NCBI GenBank assembly: GCA_041661645.1
Contig: JBAZUA010000004.1
Location: forward strand, 69,067 to 133,066
Direction of reading: 5' to 3'
Origin: Minisyncoccota bacterium
GTDB taxonomy: Bacteria; Patescibacteriota; Minisyncoccia; Phycocordibacterales; UBA6065
Length of the DNA: 64,000 bases
Shown: positions 10,886-19,449 of the stretch, in pieces
Layout: each line of letters begins with the position of its first letter
Numbering within the stretch: position 1 is the stretch's first letter
Translations under genes and position numbers: made by a program
The notes under the pieces: generated by a model
The model's input: only the letters and a program-made list of their open reading frames with translations
Database searches by the model: none
Told to the model about the DNA's origin: nothing

Positions 10886-11380
10886 CTATTTGAGGAGGAA
10901 TCTCTGAGACTCTTCCCGAATCCATTCGTTCAGGTGAACTGACAGGTTGGCGTCCCCATCCATGCCGGTGCCTGGACCTGGAATATTGAGGAAGTCTCCG
11001 ACCCTGATGAACTTGCCCAGAACCGCATGTTCCGCGTCAAACCTTTTTGCCAGGCTTGGATGGCTGGAGTTTGGGTGTTCGGGCACATCGAATGCCGTGA
11101 GGAGGTGTCTGAGGAAAAATCCCCGATACCCCTTTATCAGCTCCTTTTCCCCCTCGCCGGTGACCATTCCTTCCTCTTTGAGCATTTCCCCGTTGATGAT
11201 CCAGCGAATGCCCCATACGATGCCACCTGCCTTTCTCGGCCTTTTGATGTTGAGATGGCCTGAGCCTGTCGTTATGGAGAGGCAGTTCTCATCCATGTTT
11301 GCTCGGTTGATCCGATTGCCGATTGCCGACTTGTTCCACCAGACTGGCGGATTTTCGAGAGAGTAAGGTTCCGTGCTCAT
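10886..11380 (-). CDS. Hypothetical protein
   Basis: 164 aa ORF with ATG start and downstream terminator; no motif recognised. Confidence 0.6.
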   Translation of the reverse strand: MSTEPYSLENPPVWWNKSAIGNRINRANMDENCLSITTGSGHLNIKRPRKAGGIVWGIRWIINGEMLKEEGMVTGEGEKELIKGYRGFFLRHLLTAFDVPEHPNSSHPSLAKRFDAEHAVLGKFIRVGDFLNIPGPGTGMDGDANLSVHLNEWIREESQRFLLK

Positions 11381-11492
11381 TATTAGTGTCTTTGATTGTT
11401 TGCGTGCTGACTGTGTCCTACACTACAATTAAATCCATCCTTGTCAATCAGGTATAGAAAAAGGCGATTGAGTGTGATATTGTCTCTCGTAC

Positions 11493-11581
11493 GGAGACGT
11501 GTCAGAGTGGTCTAACGTGCATCTTTGCTAAAGATGTGTACCCTTTATACGGTACCGAGGGTTCGAATCCCTCCGTCTCCG
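11493..11581 (+). tRNA. tRNA-Ser(GCU)
   Basis: Acceptor ggagacg/cgtctcc; anticodon loop ttGCTaa; long variable arm; T-arm gaggg-ttcgaat-ccctc. Confidence 0.95.
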
Positions 11582-11760
11582 CCGATACAAAAACGAGCAT
11601 CTGTCAAGATGCCGTTTTTTTGTTCGGTGGAGACGAGTGGGCGCGTTGCGCCCGCGTGAGGGATTCGGAGCCTGTTTGAGATATTTTCGAGTACGGAGTA
11701 CGATGAAAATATCCAAACAGGGTACTGGTCCTGTAAGGACCGATTATCCCTCCGCCTCCC
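11582..11760. repeat. Post-tRNA element: terminator, inverted copy of the tRNA 3' end, internal hairpin, direct copy of the tRNA 3' end
   Basis: cggtggagacg (11625-35) and gagggattcg (11658-67) are complementary to the tRNA 3' end; hairpin at 11671-11721; atccctccgcctcc (11746-59) matches tRNA 11567-80 at 13/14. Confidence 0.75.
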
Positions 11761-11819
11761 CCAGATTAATATGTATTTAGTCGAGTTTACCTGTATACTT
11801 TCTTTAAGATAAATTATTT

Positions 11820-13058
11820 ATGAAGAAAATCTTCAGAGAGTACCATCAATTTACGGATAAGGAGTTTCAAAAAATATGGAAAGAAGGGCTTTTTGTGTTT
11901 GATACAAACACTCTTTTGAACATGTATCGCTATAGTCGCAAGACGGTTGATGCATATTTTGATGTGCTAAAAGGGCTGAAGAAGAGCAGTCAGCTTTGGA
12001 TTCCACATCAGGTTGGTTTTGAATTCTATGAGAATAGAATTAATGTTATATCTGAATATGAAAAGTCGTATGATGAGATGCAGTCGATTCTTAATAAGGC
12101 AAAGACAGATATCGAATCTAGGTACAAGGATCATCCCTTTCTTAATCTTTCTGACATAAAGAAAGATATGGATAGTGGGCTTTCGGCGGTTGAGTTGAAG
12201 CTTAAAAAAGCAAAAGCCGACCATCCTAAATGGCTCGAGGAGGATGATGTTCTTACGAAGCTGAACGAACTATTTGACGGGAGTGTCGGTACTGGTTATA
12301 CGGAAGAGAGGCTTTGTGAAATAAAGAAGGAGGGGAAGGAGAGGTATGAAAAAAAGACCCCGCCTGGTTTTAAAGATGATAAAAAATCTGAGGATAAAAA
12401 ATATGGTGATCTGATATTGTGGTATCAGATAATCGAGAACGCTAAACAGGCAAAGAAACCTGTAATTTTGGTTTCTGGTGACGTTAAGGAAGATTGGTGG
12501 CTTGAAAAAGATGGTAAAAAACTTATGCCTTTACCCCAGCTTAAGAAGGAGCTTTTTGATAAAGCTGGAGTTTCTTTTCACATATATACCTCGGACAGGT
12601 TCTTGGAGCTTTCAGGAACAAAAGAAAAGAAAATTGATGATAGTACCATTAAAGAGGTTAGGAAAATTCGAGAGCTTGAAGAAAAGAGAATGATGTCTCG
12701 ACGATCAGAACTTCCCGAAAAAGAGTATTATTCCAGAAGCCCGTATCGCCACGTTTCAGAGTTTGTCTCCATTATCCCTTTGTTGGAAGAAATCATCCTC
12801 ATCTTGAGGAGTGTGGACATTCCTCCTCCTTACCGGAGTGATCTTGAACAGTCGATGCAGAATTTGTTAGAAACGCGTCACAGGATGGCGCATGGGGAAG
12901 TTGATAAGTTGGGTTTATATCGCTTAGGTCGAGAGGTGTCTTTTGTCGTGGGTCGTTTCTTGGCCCTTGGACTCGTCGATCCCGAGCCTTCTGCGAAACT
13001 GAAGGAGTTGCTCGATCGCGTAGAGTACTCTAATCATAGAATGCAGAGATATCTTTAG
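11820..13058 (+). CDS. PIN-like (DUF4935-type) nuclease with a C-terminal helical domain carrying RHRMAH
   Basis: VFDTNTLL, WIPHQV, PPGFKD, YGDLILW, SGDVKEDWW; low GC. Confidence 0.8.
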   Translation: MKKIFREYHQFTDKEFQKIWKEGLFVFDTNTLLNMYRYSRKTVDAYFDVLKGLKKSSQLWIPHQVGFEFYENRINVISEYEKSYDEMQSILNKAKTDIESRYKDHPFLNLSDIKKDMDSGLSAVELKLKKAKADHPKWLEEDDVLTKLNELFDGSVGTGYTEERLCEIKKEGKERYEKKTPPGFKDDKKSEDKKYGDLILWYQIIENAKQAKKPVILVSGDVKEDWWLEKDGKKLMPLPQLKKELFDKAGVSFHIYTSDRFLELSGTKEKKIDDSTIKEVRKIRELEEKRMMSRRSELPEKEYYSRSPYRHVSEFVSIIPLLEEIILILRSVDIPPPYRSDLEQSMQNLLETRHRMAHGEVDKLGLYRLGREVSFVVGRFLALGLVDPEPSAKLKELLDRVEYSNHRMQRYL

Positions 13059-13061
13059 TGT

Positions 13062-13538
13062 ATGAGTAAAAATATCACCTTCGCCCGTAATCTTGTAAAA
13101 GGAAAGATAGCAGAAACAATTTTTGCGCAGATGTTGCGTGAGGTTGGCAATTTCACAGTTCTTGAGTTTGGATATGAAAAAATCATTCCTGAACTTATAC
13201 AGACCGAATACGATACAAATAAGGAAACGTTGGAGATTTTAAGAACTGCTCCTGATTTCGCTGTTATCAACAAGAAAGAGAAGGGGGTTAGACTTGTTGA
13301 GGTTAAGTATCTCCATCGGATTAATACTGAGTATGTCTACCGTTATGCCCATAGAATGGCAGAGTCTTGGAACCCTTCTTTTCTCTTTGTGGCCACTCAA
13401 GAGGGTTTCTTTTATGACGAGGTTCGTACGATTGTAGAAAACAAGGGTGTCATAGCGCCTCTTGATGATTCACAGATTCCAAAGACCATCCAAGAGGAAT
13501 ATTTGAAGATACTGAAGGATTTTGAGGCTAATAATTAA
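13062..13538 (+). CDS. PD-(D/E)XK nuclease-family protein
   Basis: GKIAE helix...PDF...LVEVKY. Confidence 0.7.
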   Translation: MSKNITFARNLVKGKIAETIFAQMLREVGNFTVLEFGYEKIIPELIQTEYDTNKETLEILRTAPDFAVINKKEKGVRLVEVKYLHRINTEYVYRYAHRMAESWNPSFLFVATQEGFFYDEVRTIVENKGVIAPLDDSQIPKTIQEEYLKILKDFEANN

Positions 13539-13541
13539 ACC

Positions 13542-14333
13542 ATGTCTCAATTATCACAAATCATAAAATCTCTCGAAAATAACGTATCTGTAGATGCTGT
13601 TTTACTCGTCGGTTCACAGAGTAAAAATGAGCACAAGGAATACAGTGATATCGATCTTGTTGTCATCCTTAAGGAAAAGGCATCAGATTTACAATCACTC
13701 TTTCAGTATGTTGATGGCAAGCCATGTGACATCTTTTTCTTTGACGGGGCAATGTTGCAATTATTCCTAGGAGCTAAAACTATCCCTGCAAATAAGATGG
13801 ATGCGGTTTTGCTTGGCTGGCTCGACACAGCACACGTATATTTTGATAAATCAGGTGTCGTAAAGTCTCTCATGGGCAATAAGGAGAGTCTCAAGGCAAA
13901 GCTCGAAGTGCCTGTAGAGGAGATGGTTTCTTTTGAATCGAAGATTAATGCTGGCTATATTACGAACAAGAGATATTTTGATTCAGCTAATCCTGAATAT
14001 CATGATGCGCTTGAGACAAAGCTTCTTCAGGATGTATACAACATACTTATTGGTTATTTTGAATTTAGAGCAATACCGTGGAGAGGGGAGAAAACAATGC
14101 TTCGACATCTAAAGGAACACGACAAAGCTTTTTATGATCTATATATGTCATATATACGAGCTACAACTCTCAAGGAAAAATTTAAACTCTATGAACAACT
14201 GGTGTCATTGGTATTCTATGGAGAGTATCGTTTGTGGGACAGAGAGGCCGTAAGACCATACACAAATCGACCTCTTAAAAAAGAAGAACAGGCTCACCTT
14301 GTTGGATATTGGAATGGACTGATTAAGTCTTAA
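13542..14333 (+). CDS. Nucleotidyltransferase (Pol-beta superfamily, MNT/KNTase-like)
   Basis: GS-X10-DID (GSQSKNEHKEYSDID) plus a helical C-terminal domain. Confidence 0.8.
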   Translation: MSQLSQIIKSLENNVSVDAVLLVGSQSKNEHKEYSDIDLVVILKEKASDLQSLFQYVDGKPCDIFFFDGAMLQLFLGAKTIPANKMDAVLLGWLDTAHVYFDKSGVVKSLMGNKESLKAKLEVPVEEMVSFESKINAGYITNKRYFDSANPEYHDALETKLLQDVYNILIGYFEFRAIPWRGEKTMLRHLKEHDKAFYDLYMSYIRATTLKEKFKLYEQLVSLVFYGEYRLWDREAVRPYTNRPLKKEEQAHLVGYWNGLIKS

Positions 14334-14496
14334 AAAGACCCCGTCCCGAGTACTTCAAGAACTCGCTTTAAAAAATTCTAAACTACCCATATGGGGTAAT
14401 GAAGTAGGGGGTCTATACCCGAGTGGCCCGCCATTCTTCCCCGTGAGGGGACTAGATGCAAGGATGGATTCATCGCAGAGTGGGCATTGTGTATAC

Positions 14497-14525
14497 TTGA
14501 CGTACATCCTTAAAAGATATATAAT
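14497..14525 (+). promoter_or_regulatory. Near-consensus sigma70 promoter
   Basis: TTGACG-N17-TATAAT. Confidence 0.7.
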
Positions 14526-14752
14526 TTTAATATAGATGTACTTTGATTTAGATATAAGTGTTGCGATGTTCTTTCTGGATTTAATCTCTTGAATCTTGAA
14601 AGAACGTCGTAACAACCAACCCGTAGAAGGGAGGCGTTCAATGAATCAATATCTGAAGAGCCTTGCATGTCGCAAAGCAGGATTTTGAATCAAACCGTCA
14701 GCATGGAAGCCCGACTTTGTCGGGAGTTCATGAGGACTCACCAAGGATAGTC

Positions 14753-15280
14753 ATGAGCAAATCGCTTGTCACTCGCCGTCAAACTGATAGTCTGCACAGC
14801 ATGGCACAAGCAAAAGGAGTTTTGTGCGCCGCATTCCAATGGTGGCTCGACACGAGAGCATCGTCAACTCTCGACCAACTCATTGTTGGATATCTGATCA
14901 GGGGTATCAGTGCCCCGTCAGATTGCCGTATGCATGCGCTCACAATATGGGAAGGAGGTGTCGAGCATACTTATATCATGCTTAACTACCTCAAATACCG
15001 TACAGACTGTCTCAAACTTGCTGATGCATGGGCTGAGACACATAATCTAATGAAAACCGATTGTGTGTCTGTGTTGAATATCCAATCCTCTCACCCGCAA
15101 CTTAACCGATATATTGGTGATATGAGAATGAATCTAGTCTCGACCCAACCGGGTCGAGGACGCCGATTCAGCGAGCCTTTTGTAGGCTGGTGGGATGGTG
15201 ATTGGAAAGAAGCGGGACCAGAGAGCGAGTGGCGTGCCAGACCGGGGATTCCGACTGTTTGGTTTCTTTACCGCCGGTAA
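14753..15280 (+). CDS. Hypothetical protein (cassette gene)
   Basis: ORF followed by a terminator-like hairpin (15303-15333); ATG at 14753 assumed. Confidence 0.5.
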   Translation: MSKSLVTRRQTDSLHSMAQAKGVLCAAFQWWLDTRASSTLDQLIVGYLIRGISAPSDCRMHALTIWEGGVEHTYIMLNYLKYRTDCLKLADAWAETHNLMKTDCVSVLNIQSSHPQLNRYIGDMRMNLVSTQPGRGRRFSEPFVGWWDGDWKEAGPESEWRARPGIPTVWFLYRR

Positions 15281-15358
15281 CTTCACCCGTCAGCTCGACA
15301 CAGGAAACCCCTGTCGCGAGATGGCGGGTTTTCTTTTGTTTAAAAAAGGACCCCTACT

Positions 15359-15547
15359 TGGGATTCGAACTAAACTTTAAGAGTGAGACGTTATGTTTTA
15401 AGCCACCAAATCGGTGCCGTTCGAATCGCTTCAGACCCGCACAAAAAACTTTCTTTCGGAGTGACCCGAGTGCCTCGATTTTCGGCTCGAAACAAGGCTT
15501 AAAAAGAACGTTCGAATCCCAGATGGGTGAGGGGACTAGATACAGGG
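15359..15547. repeat. Intergenic repeat copy 1 (T-arm-bracketed)
   Basis: tgggattcgaac (15359-70)...gttcgaatccca (15510-21), then gatgggtgaggggactagatacaggg. Confidence 0.9.
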
Positions 15548-15626
15548 ACGGAATTCGCCTCATGCGGGGTCAAATCTATATTTGACATATAGGTATATTT
15601 AGATGTATAATATAATCTGAAGTACC

Positions 15627-16355
15627 ATGAAAGTCACAAAAGAGATGGGTGTCGCAGCAAGCGACGTGTTCGCAGGCAAAAGCGGACAATCGGCGGTGCA
15701 GGCACTATATGGAGAGACGGCTTCGTTGTTCGTGGACTTGATTGGACACAACACGACTCTTTCCAAGTGCAGGCTCCTCGATGCGGGAGCCTTCAAAGGA
15801 GAACTCATGTCCTCGGTCATGGAGCTGAACGGACATCGAGAATTATTTGAAATCACCGCGACTGATATCAACGAGTCTGCATTGGCGCAAAACGCTATCG
15901 CAGACAGGAAGGTTGTTGCAGACCTTTCGGTGCTCCCTTTCAACAACAGGGAATTCGACATTGTATGCGCTCGATACGTTCTCGTGTGGAACGTCTTGGC
16001 GAAGCAGAAGAGAATTCTCCGGGAGTTGAATCGTGTGGCGGGACTGACTGTCTTGCAACACGCAGGGGCCGATGATGTCGGCACGAGCGAGTGGCAGGGG
16101 CGTATGCATGCGCTCCTTGGAGGTAAGGTCTCGAAGCTTTTCCGGAACGAGTGTCACTTCTCCTCCGCACAGGAGGTGGAGTGTCAGCTCGACGAACTCG
16201 GAATCGCATACGAGCGAATTCAGCACAGAAGGGTCGATTTCGTCTCTCAAGTTTTGATCGAAAGGTTTAAGCTTGATGCGAATGAGGCCGCTGAAGTTCT
16301 GAAAACGCTCGGTGAGAAGGACTATATACTCCAAACCACATGGCTCATCAAATAG
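15627..16355 (+). CDS. SAM-dependent methyltransferase (cassette gene)
   Basis: LLDAGAFKG, ATDIN, LPFNNREFDIV; promoter TTGACA-N18-TATAAT at 15582-15611; terminator at 16399-16420. Confidence 0.8.
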   Translation: MKVTKEMGVAASDVFAGKSGQSAVQALYGETASLFVDLIGHNTTLSKCRLLDAGAFKGELMSSVMELNGHRELFEITATDINESALAQNAIADRKVVADLSVLPFNNREFDIVCARYVLVWNVLAKQKRILRELNRVAGLTVLQHAGADDVGTSEWQGRMHALLGGKVSKLFRNECHFSSAQEVECQLDELGIAYERIQHRRVDFVSQVLIERFKLDANEAAEVLKTLGEKDYILQTTWLIK

Positions 16356-16446
16356 CAGTACTCTGCTCCGTTAATTGTGGATGTCGGCAACATTCACTAA
16401 CCCGCATTCGTGCGGGTTTTGTTTTGCTTAAAAAGAGAGCTCTACG

Positions 16447-16634
16447 TGGGATTCGAACGAGATTCTGAGAGAGGGTCTATGTTTAGAGCCACGAAATTCC
16501 AGCCGTTCGAATCGCTTCAGACCCGCTAAGAAAACTTTGTTTCGGTGTGACCCGAGTACCTCGATTTTCGGCTGAAAATAACACTCGGATAAAACATTCG
16601 AATCCCAGATGGGTTAGGGGACTAGATACAGGGG
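16447..16634. repeat. Intergenic repeat copy 2
   Basis: tgggattcgaac...attcgaatccca; 16502-16590 is identical to 17572-17660. Confidence 0.9.
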
Positions 16635-16692
16635 TGGATTTGGTTAGTTTTGTTGAGGGCGAGCGGTGTGTTATCAATGCTATACTACCTTC

Positions 16693-17484
16693 ATGCAAGA
16701 AGTCGAGGCTAAGGTTAGAAAGTTGGCTGAAGAGACCATATCACTTCACAGAGCTGATGTGGAGAGTCTGTGTGCCTCTCTGGGCACAAATGTCGAAGAA
16801 GTTATTGGTGCGTGGGTGGCATGGGATACGGGAATCAACGATTACAGCAATTCCATCTACAGCTCGAACGCGACGCGTATCGCCATGCATCTGCATAATT
16901 TTATCCCTGGGAATTGGCATGATAAGCGGCAGGCAGAGGTTTTGAAACTGATCTCCGATATCGCCCCAAAGAGGATAGCGGATGTTGGATTCGGTACGCC
17001 GCAGAGGTACGTGACGGAATACGTCCTTCAGAAAGACTTATCTGCGTCCCTGCTCGATTTCGATCAGGAGAGCTTGGACTTCGCCGGGTCGTATCTGGAT
17101 ACGCAGTCGAAGAATTGGCGGAAGCAGGTGAGCCTTCGGAAATACGATATGAACTCTGGAGAGGCGATTGGTGACTTCGATCTGTACCTCTTTCAGGATT
17201 CTGTTGAGCATGCCGATGACCCGTCGAAATACTTCAGCTCTGCAATCGTGCGAGCGAACCGAGGAAGCTATTTCGTGCTTTCGATGCCGATTGAGGTGAA
17301 TCGAGCGGTTCCCGAACACAATATCTTTTGGAAAAGCACCGAGGACGCTCTTGGCTGGGTGAGGGGGCACGGTTTGGAGATCAGGGGATGGTCCGAAATA
17401 CGCATGAATCCCGATCTTGACCTGTTCGCCAAGCACCTCCATCCTGAATTCAAAGAGATACTGGTCTGGGCGCAGAAGCCGTAA
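16693..17484 (+). CDS. SAM-dependent methyltransferase-like protein (cassette gene)
   Basis: IADVGFG, LLDFD, DSVEHADDP; TGcTATACT 6 nt before ATG 16693. Confidence 0.75.
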   Translation: MQEVEAKVRKLAEETISLHRADVESLCASLGTNVEEVIGAWVAWDTGINDYSNSIYSSNATRIAMHLHNFIPGNWHDKRQAEVLKLISDIAPKRIADVGFGTPQRYVTEYVLQKDLSASLLDFDQESLDFAGSYLDTQSKNWRKQVSLRKYDMNSGEAIGDFDLYLFQDSVEHADDPSKYFSSAIVRANRGSYFVLSMPIEVNRAVPEHNIFWKSTEDALGWVRGHGLEIRGWSEIRMNPDLDLFAKHLHPEFKEILVWAQKP

Positions 17485-17514
17485 CGGTAACAAGGGGGTT
17501 TAGGTAAACGCGCT

Positions 17515-17680
17515 CGGGATTCGAACGGAATTAGGGTAGAGCACAGGTATATTTCAAGCCACGAAACCCCCGCCGTTCGAATCGCTTCAGACCCGCTAAG
17601 AAAACTTTGTTTCGGTGTGACCCGAGTACCTCGATTTTCGGCTGAAAATAACACTCGGATGGAACGTTCGAATCCCAGAT
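17515..17680. repeat. Intergenic repeat copy 3
   Basis: gggattcgaacg...cgttcgaatccc; 89 bp core identical to copy 2. Confidence 0.9.
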
Positions 17681-17753
17681 ACTTTTTTCGAGTGTATACG
17701 CAGAGTTGTTCACACCATTTTTTCTTGGTCAAATTAGGGTGTAGTATATGTGC

Positions 17754-18365
17754 ATGGAAAATTTACCAGTCGAATCAAACGGAAAAGGGTGGGCATCACT
17801 CATTCTTGGAATATTTAGTCTCCCTGCCATGCTTCTTCCGGCGGTCGGAATTCCTGTCTCACTCTTGGGCATATTCTTCGGCATAAAAGGCTGCAGAGCA
17901 GGTAAAAAAGGAAAGGCAATTACTGGTATTGTACTCTCCGGTCTCGGACTTATTCTTGCGGTAGCTACGGTATTTCTTGCTTCTTATTATTCTTCAGGCA
18001 ACTCTCCTCAGCCTGGACATCCTCAAGTATCAACCTATTTTATTCGTGATACGCCAAAGAGTTCAGATTCCGCTTTCGCCAATTGGCCGGTGATGAACTC
18101 ACTCTCGGCAAATCCTGTGGCACCAGGTGATGTGGTGACAATATTCGGGACTAATTTTAGCGCAAAGAAAAATGATAATTTCGTTAAACTCCTGCATGAT
18201 GCCACCGGCCAGATTTTCGAATTTTATATACCAAATTCAGATAACGGTACAGTGGTTTTCTCGATGCCGAGAAACGCACCAGTAGGGAATTACACATTGT
18301 ATTTTATGGTCTTATCGACAGGGGGATATGATGTGTTCAGAGATTTTAAAATAGCAGGGAAATAG
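17754..18365 (+). CDS. DUF4190-like membrane hairpin fused to an IPT/TIG-like domain
   Basis: ASLILGIFSL..GIFFGIKG..AITGIVLS; PGDVVTIFGTNF..P..APVGNY. Confidence 0.7.
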   Translation: MENLPVESNGKGWASLILGIFSLPAMLLPAVGIPVSLLGIFFGIKGCRAGKKGKAITGIVLSGLGLILAVATVFLASYYSSGNSPQPGHPQVSTYFIRDTPKSSDSAFANWPVMNSLSANPVAPGDVVTIFGTNFSAKKNDNFVKLLHDATGQIFEFYIPNSDNGTVVFSMPRNAPVGNYTLYFMVLSTGGYDVFRDFKIAGK

Positions 18366-18510
18366 AAAATCTGGCACTTAACCCGACACCACTGCCTCTG
18401 TCCTAAACTTTTTGAAAGATTCCAAGGATAATCGCTTTTAGATAGCGTCCCACGTACTTCAGAAATTCGGTTCGGGAAATGCCAAACTAACCTTGCTGGG
18501 CAATGAGCCA

Positions 18511-18572
18511 GGGGGTCTATATCCGAGTAGCCCGCCAAGAAAACTTTGTTTCGGAGTGACCCGAGTGCCCGA
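18511..18572. repeat. Truncated/chimeric repeat copy
   Basis: gggggtctatatccgagtagcccgcc (cf. 14407-14432) joined to aagaaaactttgtttcggagtgacccgagtg (cf. repeat core). Confidence 0.8.
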
Positions 18573-18635
18573 ATTAAGTTGTGGTTTTTGTCGTTTGGTG
18601 TGCGTATACTGTATAGGTCTTAATATCTTATTCAT

Positions 18636-18962
18636 ATGCTTGCCCTAGCCTTATTAATGCTTTCTTTCGCTCTGGCCTTTCTCACCATGCTTGTTCTGGC
18701 GGGGGCCGGACTTGGCGGAGGAGTTTCTGGAAAGGACGCTGTTTTTCTCAATATCCTAATAATATTGACCGCTGGCTCTTTTGTTTCGGCGATAGTTTCG
18801 TTTTTTTCGACACCTCGTCACGAGCAGTCGGGACAGGCGTCATCAGAAAAACAGCTTAAAAGCCGCAGAAGAGTCCGTATTGTTTTGATAACATCGATTA
18901 TTTTTGTTGGATCTGTGTTTCTCCTCCTATACGGATCGGCCTACTTTGTCAGGATGAGATAA
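18636..18962 (+). CDS. Small three-TM membrane protein
   Basis: Three hydrophobic segments. Confidence 0.65.
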   Translation: MLALALLMLSFALAFLTMLVLAGAGLGGGVSGKDAVFLNILIILTAGSFVSAIVSFFSTPRHEQSGQASSEKQLKSRRRVRIVLITSIIFVGSVFLLLYGSAYFVRMR

Positions 18963-19002
18963 TCGATATCGTATTACGGGTACCTGACCCGAGTAGCCCG
19001 CA

Positions 19003-19293
19003 CTCGGCTGTCTGCTCTATTTCTTCGTTGATTCTCAGATGGCTCTTCTCGTCGTGTAGGTCGTCCTCGGCATTGGCATCGCCATTGTCAGTCCGGCCTT
19101 CGACGCCACCTATTCCCATTACGTGAGTTCGGAGAGGAAGGCCTCTGACTGGGGAGCCTGGGGGGGGGTCGCGGGGAGCATTGTTGCCGACTCCTTTGGT
19201 TTTCACACGCTTTTTCTCTGCATGTTCGTCGCCGCCCTCATATCGTTCCTCCTCTTCAACGATAAGGAATATCTCCGAGCCTCCGGATTCTAG
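19003..19293 (+). pseudogene. MFS transporter C-terminal remnant
   Basis: Manual translation LGCLLYFFVDSQMALLVV*VVLGIGIAIVSPAFDATYSHY...WGAW...IVADSFGFHTLFLCMF; internal TAG at 19057; no 5' part. Confidence 0.65.
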
Positions 19294-19449
19294 GTTTTTG
19301 CACCAATCCATTTTCATGGAACGTGTGTAGATGTGAAGGCTTGCTCGAAAGGATACCTTCTTATCTTTCCTCCCTAATTTTCACACAGGAAGGCCGCGGA
19401 ACGAGGTTCTGCGGCTTTAGTTTGCTCATATGTGTGCTAAAATAGCCAA

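Noticed and set aside
11528-11716. ORF containing RRRRDSNPR (and the similar GGIEPPP ORF at 56194-56427)
   Set aside because: These are translations of tRNA reverse complements.
14641-14688. 15-aa ORF MNQYLKSLACRKAGF with GGGAGG upstream
   Set aside because: Too short to support without conservation data; it could be a leader peptide or chance.
15359-17680. CRISPR array
   Set aside because: The repeats are about 163 bp, the spacers are ~0.9 kb whole genes, and there are no cas genes.
15359-17680. Canonical integron attC sites
   Set aside because: AAC...GTT ends exist but do not fit RYYYAAC/GTTRRRY (copy 2 has ATT), and there is no intI in the window.
15359-17680. Additional tRNA genes within the repeats
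   Set aside because: Only T-arm motifs are present; no D-arm, anticodon arm or acceptor pairing was found.
15354-17732. Short minus-strand ORFs across the repeats (WDSNV...GLKRFER)
   Set aside because: The similarity comes from the DNA repeat; frames, starts and stops differ between copies.
18949-19317. 122-aa minus-strand ORF
   Set aside because: It is the antisense shadow of the + strand MFS remnant.
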